A stretch of 64,000 nt of DNA, taken from positions 186,001 through 250,000 of IMG/VR virus record IMGVR_UViG_3300025133_009608, one strand, 5' to 3'. Under the pieces are notes generated by a model. The model was not told where the DNA came from. It searched no databases and saw only the letters and a list, made by a program, of their open reading frames with translations. Numbering within the stretch: the stretch's first letter is position 1; the number at the start of each line of letters is the position of its first letter. The position numbers were made by a program, and so were the translations under genes. This document shows positions 58,020 to 64,000 of this stretch, one piece after another.

Positions 58020-59003
58020 TTATTGGCCAATTGCGCTCAGCATTTCCAGGTCGTTCTCATACATCTCTTTTAATAGCGCCTTCCAGTCATATTCTGGGTC
58101 CCAGCCGAGCTTCTCTCGAGCCTTGCTCGCGTCTCCTAGTAGGTATGGGACATCTGACGGTCTCAGAAATCTTTTATCCAACTCATATACTTCTTCAAAC
58201 TCCAGGCCGGCGAGATAACAAACGTACCTGAGCATTTCTCCTATTGTTGCTCCCGATCCTGTGGCTATGACGTAATTTTCCGGAGCTTCTTGCTGTAGCA
58301 TCAGCCACATCGCTTTTACATAGTCCTTGCTGCAGCCTTCATCTCTAAATGCGGACAGGTCGCCCATTTTCAACGTATCTTGAAGCCCCAACTTAACGGA
58401 AGCAACTCCGTGAGTTATCTTTCGAGCTGCAAAGCTCACGCCTCGGCGCAGAGAAGAGTGATTGAACAAAATTCCAGAAACGGCGAACAACCCATAAGCT
58501 TCTCGGTAATTATTTACGGACAGGTGAGCCGCACACTTAGAAATAGCGTAGGGAGAGCGGGGATTGAGGGGAGAGTTCTCGTTATACCCCTCCCTTGGGC
58601 AGTCAACTCCCCCTAGCATTTCGCTCGTGGAGGCTTGATAATAGCGAGTGGCCGGAGAGTAGTCTTTCAGCAAAGAAAGATGCATTATCACGGCTTCTGC
58701 GTTTACCTGAAATACCTTTACCGGATTCACAAAGCTGTAACCAACATGACTGGCGGCCCCTAGGTTGTAAAACTCATGAGGCTGTACGTCATGGATCAAC
58801 CGGCCGATAAAAATGGGATCAGAAAGGTCTCCCTCGGTGTAGTGGAAGTTTTCATCATCCATTAGATGAGCTATGTTCTCCGTTCCAGAATTAACGCTCT
58901 TGCGAATACTAACTCCAAATACCTCATACCCCTTACTTAGCAGAAATTCTGCCAAATATGAACCATCCTGTCCCGCCGTGCCTGTTATTATTGCCCTAAG
59001 CAT
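58020..59003 (-). CDS. gmd: GDP-mannose 4,6-dehydratase
   Basis: TGTAGQDGSYL, YQASTSE, PRSPYAISK, LRPSDV. Confidence 0.92.
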   Translation of the reverse strand: MLRAIITGTAGQDGSYLAEFLLSKGYEVFGVSIRKSVNSGTENIAHLMDDENFHYTEGDLSDPIFIGRLIHDVQPHEFYNLGAASHVGYSFVNPVKVFQVNAEAVIMHLSLLKDYSPATRYYQASTSEMLGGVDCPREGYNENSPLNPRSPYAISKCAAHLSVNNYREAYGLFAVSGILFNHSSLRRGVSFAARKITHGVASVKLGLQDTLKMGDLSAFRDEGCSKDYVKAMWLMLQQEAPENYVIATGSGATIGEMLRYVCYLAGLEFEEVYELDKRFLRPSDVPYLLGDASKAREKLGWDPEYDWKALLKEMYENDLEMLSAIGQ

Positions 59004-59086
59004 TAAAGCTCCTTAATTATAGAATTATAATACTTCATATAAGGCATTTACTTTGTCTATTTTTTATCGAACAATAATTTTTAAAA

Positions 59087-59638
59087 CTATTTTTCCAAAA
59101 TAACACTACCCGCCGAAGGTAGGTCATACAGCCTAACCTCTCCGCCTTTTGCTCCAAGGCTCCCGAACCCCCCGCCGCCGGGCTCAAGGCCTCCATCCTC
59201 CTCCGGGCCCATAGCTCCGGTAACCGGTCTCCCCGATTTTATTATTTCTTGTATTTCCATAATTGTTTCGTGCATATCTTCGGAATAAAACGGCAACCTA
59301 TAAGATCTTGGATCTGATAACTGCCGGCGTCGAAAAAACTCATAAGAATCATCCAACTCTCCATCGGCTTCGCTTATCCATAAAAATATTGCCCCCGGCT
59401 CTCCAGACGCCTTATTTGGACTTCTTGCCAGGGCCCAGTGTATTAAAAATTTATCTGGCAACCCGACCTCGGCGGGCCATCCGGCCAAGTTCTCTAAAGA
59501 TCGGGCGATATTGAGCGAAAACAAGACCGTAGCCGTTATCGCAACAAGCTTAGCCCACCACCTACCGCTTGATCCGATAACAAACCATAACAATATTGAC
59601 GCAAGGACTATAAATATCAAAGAAACCTCTATCACCAT
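59087..59638 (-). CDS. Membrane protein (2 TM plus soluble domain), third gene of the MotA/ExbB triad
   Basis: Hydrophobic N-terminus; coupled to the upstream gene. Confidence 0.6.
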   Translation of the reverse strand: MVIEVSLIFIVLASILLWFVIGSSGRWWAKLVAITATVLFSLNIARSLENLAGWPAEVGLPDKFLIHWALARSPNKASGEPGAIFLWISEADGELDDSYEFFRRRQLSDPRSYRLPFYSEDMHETIMEIQEIIKSGRPVTGAMGPEEDGGLEPGGGGFGSLGAKGGEVRLYDLPSAGSVILEK

Positions 59639-60219
59639 CCGATCCCTGTAAAATACTTTGGAATACTATTCGTCCCAATTACCCGTCCTTCTCGATCCAA
59701 TATAAACCTACAGGCAGTCTCTTCTTGCCCGCTGTACCTCATTAACAGGGTTCTTGAAGAAACTGTTCCAAATGGATTTATTTTATCTATTGTAACCAGG
59801 ACTGGAGTTTCTCCTTCGGTTCTTTTGATGTAAGCATGGATATTTACAACATATTCTCCCGGCATCATTCCCCTGATCATAACGATCTCCCTGTTATCGC
59901 TATTATCTATTGATTCTGATATCGAGGAGGAGTAGGGATCAACTCCAAGGTCATCTCGATCTAAATGCATCATTCCCGCCTCCTGGTTTCTAAAGAACAC
60001 AACATTGCCCTCTGGGTCTTCGACATAAATGTCTATATCATCGTTTCTGTCACCCGGCCATGATGCTGTGATTATAAACTCGGCCCTCACGTCTATTTCG
60101 CTTGACTCTTTTTCTGGACTTACAATTAACAGCGCAATTGCGAATAGAGCAACAAAGCACAGAAGCGTATTAAATAAAATATCAAGAAATGCCAAGTTTG
60201 AATGGTATGACCTTCCCAC
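59632..60219 (-). CDS. Single-TM MotB/ExbD-like partner with periplasmic beta domain
   Basis: AFLDILF (TM Asp); DIDIYV.DP, LDRDDLG, GEYVVNIH. Confidence 0.6.
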   Translation of the reverse strand: MGRSYHSNLAFLDILFNTLLCFVALFAIALLIVSPEKESSEIDVRAEFIITASWPGDRNDDIDIYVEDPEGNVVFFRNQEAGMMHLDRDDLGVDPYSSSISESIDNSDNREIVMIRGMMPGEYVVNIHAYIKRTEGETPVLVTIDKINPFGTVSSRTLLMRYSGQEETACRFILDREGRVIGTNSIPKYFTGIGW

Positions 60220-60678
60220 TTATTTCGCCTCAGAGTCGTCGATATTAAAGCATTGAACTTTTAACAGGGCACTGCTTATGAGGCCAGTAAGAGTTGTATA
60301 TAGCGCCGTTGACATTCCAACTCCTAGTTCTGTAATCAAATCCTGAATTGTACTTATATCTTCTATATTTATGCCAGCAAACCCACTAAGCATTTCTATA
60401 AAACCTATAACAGTTCCAATCATTCCTATTGTGAGAACCAGATCGCTCATAAACCATCCAAATTCTATATTCGGGGTCAGACCTCGATCGATCTGCCATG
60501 ATTTATGCCCACACCACACGGACGTAACAATTAAAACGAGTAAGTTTACAAAGCTCAGCTTGGTAAAGTCACTATCCCAAAGAGCCTCTCCCAGGCCCAT
60601 ATAGAGTCCCTGGGTTATCGCCCCGAGCATGAGCGAAAAAAACAACCACCAGGTTAAAAATGTTTTATATTTATTCAC
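60220..60678 (-). CDS. MotA/TolQ/ExbB proton-channel family protein
   Basis: IGMIGTVIG and GMSTALYTTLTGL. Confidence 0.85.
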   Translation of the reverse strand: MNKYKTFLTWWLFFSLMLGAITQGLYMGLGEALWDSDFTKLSFVNLLVLIVTSVWCGHKSWQIDRGLTPNIEFGWFMSDLVLTIGMIGTVIGFIEMLSGFAGINIEDISTIQDLITELGVGMSTALYTTLTGLISSALLKVQCFNIDDSEAK

Positions 60679-63600
60679 TCAGCGCCCCTGCTTGGTAACG
60701 CTCGAAAGCCACCGGGCGCGAGCTGTCCGCCCATTAGGAGCAAGCCCACTATAGTCATCGATCTTATCCAGACCGAGCTCAAAAAAGTAGTAACCACCTT
60801 TTGCCTCTGCTAATCGACTGGCTGCAGAAATTGCGAAATCTGCATCACCGTATATTTCGTGTATTTTGCTATCAAAAAATTCATAAGGAGAGGCCTTCGC
60901 CAGAGACTCCGCAGCCTCCATTGTCAAGTGTCCGTATTCATCCGATTCGTGAAATTTTAGATCAAAAAAGATTCGAGGGCCTAATTCTATCATCCCCTTC
61001 ATGGCAATCGGTATTCTGTCTTTGTACTTATCTATTTTGTAAAGATCACTTCCAAAGAATACCCACGGAAAGCTCTCTATTATCCTGTCTATTGCGACTT
61101 CCGCAAGAACCTCGTACCTTTCATCGGCTGCCGTATCGGGGCCCTCCTCGAAAAAGGCCCATGGGTATTTCCCTGTAGCCAAGGCCTCCGCTGCGGCGAG
61201 CCCAAATTCCGAATATTCCGCCATCATGTGAAGGTTGAGCTTAAAAAATTCATCTGGATTTTTTTCGGATAAAGCTTTCGCGGCGGGCAGGGCTGCTGCC
61301 GCGTATATATCACTTGGGCCCTGCTTATGTATTTCTAATTGAAAATAAGAATATGGACGTGACTCTACCATGCATTTTACAAATTTCTTATTTAATACTT
61401 CAAATCTTGGGTCATTAAATCGGCCATTTAATAACTTTAAGTATTTTTCATAATCACTACATACATATCTCTTGGCCATCCTGATGGCTATCGTGATAAA
61501 CTCCTCGACGGTGTGTAGTCCGTTATCTGTAAAGTCAGAGAAGCTATCCGAGTTATTTTTCGCCAAGGTTGCATCAAGTGTGTGCATCGTGTTATTTGTC
61601 AGCAACTCTTTTAGATTAACATTGGTCGCGTACTCTCCTAAGGCCTTAATTGCTTGTCCTTTTTTGTAATAATCATTTTGATTCTCCATATTATATATCA
61701 CGTATCTATCCAAAAAGACTCTTGCAGACTCCTTTAGCCCTTCATCATCAAATACTTCATTAGGAAGGTTTTCCATCATATCTTGAATCATATACCCATC
61801 TGGGACGCCAAAGCCTTCGATTCTCGCATCCGAATTAAAGGCGTCAATCCATACCTTCATCCGTTCCCGAATAAATTCTATAGTTTTATATTTTTCAACC
61901 GGGAGAATCACCAACGCCCTCCATTCCAGATGGGATCCAAGAGATGTTTCTATTAGCATTTCTCGCAACTCCTCTGTTTCTAGCAAATCAAAGATCCCCA
62001 GAACCTCTTCTTCCGATATATGCTCGGAATGTAGGACGTATGAGCTCACAGCTTTCGAGATAAGCACATCTGGCAGGTGATTGTCCTTATTCGCCCTCAT
62101 AACCTTCTCAAATCCGTAACTTCGTTCGTCGATCATTATTGTTTCAATATTTTTAGCAAGAAACCTCAAAGCAATTGGGGATAGCGCAGACATCCCAAGT
62201 ACGGAAAAGAAAACACTACTGAGATTGTACTCTTTACCTTTCTCTTCCATATTGCTCAAAACACCGTCGACCAAGTTATGCTCCTCTCGACCGGCTAGGA
62301 CTGCTATAACTTCATCCGGAGACCATAGGGCTCCGGAGTAATAATTATCCATTATCTTTTCAGTCTCGGCAATCATCCAATAATCGTCTGAATCTTCATA
62401 ATCTATTGGAGCAAAATACTCATCCAGCCAATTACGAATATATGGTGCATACTTCTGTACCGGAGGGGCGTTTTCCTTTCCCTTTATTTGATGCACATTT
62501 CTGCCCGATGAGCCTCCCACCTCTATTGTCACGTGAGGCTCATTCTTGGCGTCTCTTAGAGAATAGATCTTAAGGCGCCCAATGATGATGTCATCGCAAT
62601 AGCCCCCAACGCAGTGCCCCATGTTGCGACCCTCGGTTTCGACATCCTCGGGCGGGACAAGAACCATCGTGTATCCGTCCCCAAAATCATGATGAACATT
62701 TTTTGTATTATATTCGCCAACTTCAATAGCCGGAACAAACTGCTCGTGCCACTTTTCGGCAGCCTGGATCATGGTCTGCGCGGAAATACTCTGCCATGGG
62801 CCCATTCCCGGCTCAGGGAACGCATCCAGAGAGTTCACATAATCCTTAATTTGAATTAAAACCAGCCGTGGCGATGCCGCTTCATTCATATTAATGTTCG
62901 CCAGCCACTTAATAAATGGCTTTCTATTCTTATGGGGCAACAGGTCATCACCGACGAGGGCAATGGCATTTAATGCCGATCTATTAAAAATTGGTCCATC
63001 CTCTGCCCTCTCGGAAAGGCTCTCAAAATAAGATCGAGGATCTTGCTCCGGGCTCTTTGCGATCTGCTTTTGCAATGACTTTATATTAATCTTTTTTAGA
63101 TACTCCTTATCTGCCTGTGCGGCAACCTTGTGCAGCTTTTCTATCTGGCCCATCCGGCCTCTTTCGCTTTCGCAAGCTCTAATTATTGATATATCTTTTG
63201 CCTCTTTCTTGAAGCCATTACTCCGAAGCCATTTCGACAGCCTATCTAGAGCATAATCAGGCTCATCTGGCCACTCATCCGGATCGAACTCAGACCACTG
63301 CTCATTTAGCGAAATATATTTAGATGGTATGTGACCATTGATAATTATTGTATCGTGATCAACTCCGTCATTAGCCGCCTCAGAATCAGAATACTCCACC
63401 CCCAGAGCCCAGGCTATGGAGTTTATCATTTTTTCTCTATAAATAGCCGGCTCCATCTCTATAACAGGGAGCTCTTCATTCTTTTGCTCATAATCTTTGC
63501 GCATCGCGCTTAAATCTATTTCAAATATATAGTCGCCATAAGAGTCAATTGCTTCTGGATTGAAGCTTGCGAAAATAGCACTTCCAACCCAGCGATTTGA

Positions 63601-63999
63601 AAGCCCCCTCGTCTTGCTCATTGGAGATAGCCCTTCTCGCATAATTGATTTAACATTCTCTCCTGGAGTTGCGTGATAGGCTATTCCGGCAAAGTAATCC
63701 TCCTGATAATTCTCCTCGTCAACGTAGTCTTCTGGGGAAATGTTATAAATCCAATGATTCGCGTCTTCGGAGCCGCTTATATTTTCACCGTCCATGTCAG
63801 CAACATGTTTGTCGCCCCGCCAGCCAAATGCATAAATTTTACTCAGGCCCTCTTTTTCGTTCGTAAGATCTATAACTTCCGTGGATCCACCGTCCTTATT
63901 TATAAGCTCAGAAAACCTACTCCAATTAAGCGCCTCATACCCCCCTATCACGTCCTCAAGGATCCCGAGCTCTTCCTCGGTCAAGCCTTCTGGTTTCAT
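60679..63999 (-). CDS. Large polyvalent protein: ADP-ribosyltransferase-like domain, internal tag, PcfJ-like domain and helical repeats (may extend beyond the window)
   Basis: YHAT...SIMREGL...IFAS...IP; EGRNMGHCVGGY..YSLRD..PHVTIE..QIKG..N; about 30-aa repeats at the C-terminus. Confidence 0.65.
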   Translation of the reverse strand: MKPEGLTEEELGILEDVIGGYEALNWSRFSELINKDGGSTEVIDLTNEKEGLSKIYAFGWRGDKHVADMDGENISGSEDANHWIYNISPEDYVDEENYQEDYFAGIAYHATPGENVKSIMREGLSPMSKTRGLSNRWVGSAIFASFNPEAIDSYGDYIFEIDLSAMRKDYEQKNEELPVIEMEPAIYREKMINSIAWALGVEYSDSEAANDGVDHDTIIINGHIPSKYISLNEQWSEFDPDEWPDEPDYALDRLSKWLRSNGFKKEAKDISIIRACESERGRMGQIEKLHKVAAQADKEYLKKINIKSLQKQIAKSPEQDPRSYFESLSERAEDGPIFNRSALNAIALVGDDLLPHKNRKPFIKWLANINMNEAASPRLVLIQIKDYVNSLDAFPEPGMGPWQSISAQTMIQAAEKWHEQFVPAIEVGEYNTKNVHHDFGDGYTMVLVPPEDVETEGRNMGHCVGGYCDDIIIGRLKIYSLRDAKNEPHVTIEVGGSSGRNVHQIKGKENAPPVQKYAPYIRNWLDEYFAPIDYEDSDDYWMIAETEKIMDNYYSGALWSPDEVIAVLAGREEHNLVDGVLSNMEEKGKEYNLSSVFFSVLGMSALSPIALRFLAKNIETIMIDERSYGFEKVMRANKDNHLPDVLISKAVSSYVLHSEHISEEEVLGIFDLLETEELREMLIETSLGSHLEWRALVILPVEKYKTIEFIRERMKVWIDAFNSDARIEGFGVPDGYMIQDMMENLPNEVFDDEGLKESARVFLDRYVIYNMENQNDYYKKGQAIKALGEYATNVNLKELLTNNTMHTLDATLAKNNSDSFSDFTDNGLHTVEEFITIAIRMAKRYVCSDYEKYLKLLNGRFNDPRFEVLNKKFVKCMVESRPYSYFQLEIHKQGPSDIYAAAALPAAKALSEKNPDEFFKLNLHMMAEYSEFGLAAAEALATGKYPWAFFEEGPDTAADERYEVLAEVAIDRIIESFPWVFFGSDLYKIDKYKDRIPIAMKGMIELGPRIFFDLKFHESDEYGHLTMEAAESLAKASPYEFFDSKIHEIYGDADFAISAASRLAEAKGGYYFFELGLDKIDDYSGLAPNGRTARARWLSSVTKQGR

Positions 64000-64000
64000 G

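Noticed and set aside
24377-59003. Window is a bacterial chromosome (topA, def, iscU, gmd, prkA)
   Set aside because: No ribosomal or other core operons; these genes are interleaved with fibre, endolysin, ArdC and many orphan genes in a single-strand phage-like layout. No capsid or terminase is in the window, so phage identity remains an inference
59087-60678. Zorya defence system
   Set aside because: The MotA-like protein lacks the long ZorA tail, the partner lacks an OmpA domain, and there is no ZorC/D/E
7148-63866. Numerous short antisense ORFs in the track
   Set aside because: They overlap well-supported genes on the opposite strand and show no recognisable motifs
1-64000. tRNA genes and stop-codon reassignment
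   Set aside because: No cloverleaf or T-loop signature noticed by eye (tRNAscan not run); conserved genes are full-length and end in TAA, TAG and TGA

Overview
This window looks like part of a large (jumbo/huge) dsDNA bacteriophage genome, read in the standard code and almost entirely on the minus strand. There are no rRNA, tRNA or ribosomal-protein genes that I can see. (1) 1-5800 is a visibly GC-richer early-type region. Nearly every gene (ArdC, CCA-adding enzyme, small hypotheticals) follows a near-identical 22-72 bp promoter/leader cassette, often with a hairpin. (2) 5800-6980 is a non-coding block with 37-bp direct repeats, IHF-like sites and a strand-composition flip, a candidate origin or packaging/terminus site. 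(3) 7-33 kb holds virion-type and cargo genes, many sharing a short N-terminal helical tag and an AT-rich CTAWTWWT upstream motif, plus vWA lipoproteins, kinases, PG hydrolases, def, topA and dut. (4) 33-49 kb holds PhoH, NrdJ, a sigma factor, a diadenylate cyclase, a PrkA-YhbH-SpoVR triad, DnaB/DnaC, an Hfq-like protein, a resolvase and a helicase. (5) 49-64 kb holds an endolysin, a glycosyltransferase-tubulin fusion in a sugar-modification cluster, a GIY-YIG nuclease with 7 Fis-type HTHs, IscA/Nfu/IscU, Gmd, a MotA/ExbB-type triad and a large polyvalent ART-PcfJ protein. All calls come from motif recognition by eye; no searches were run.
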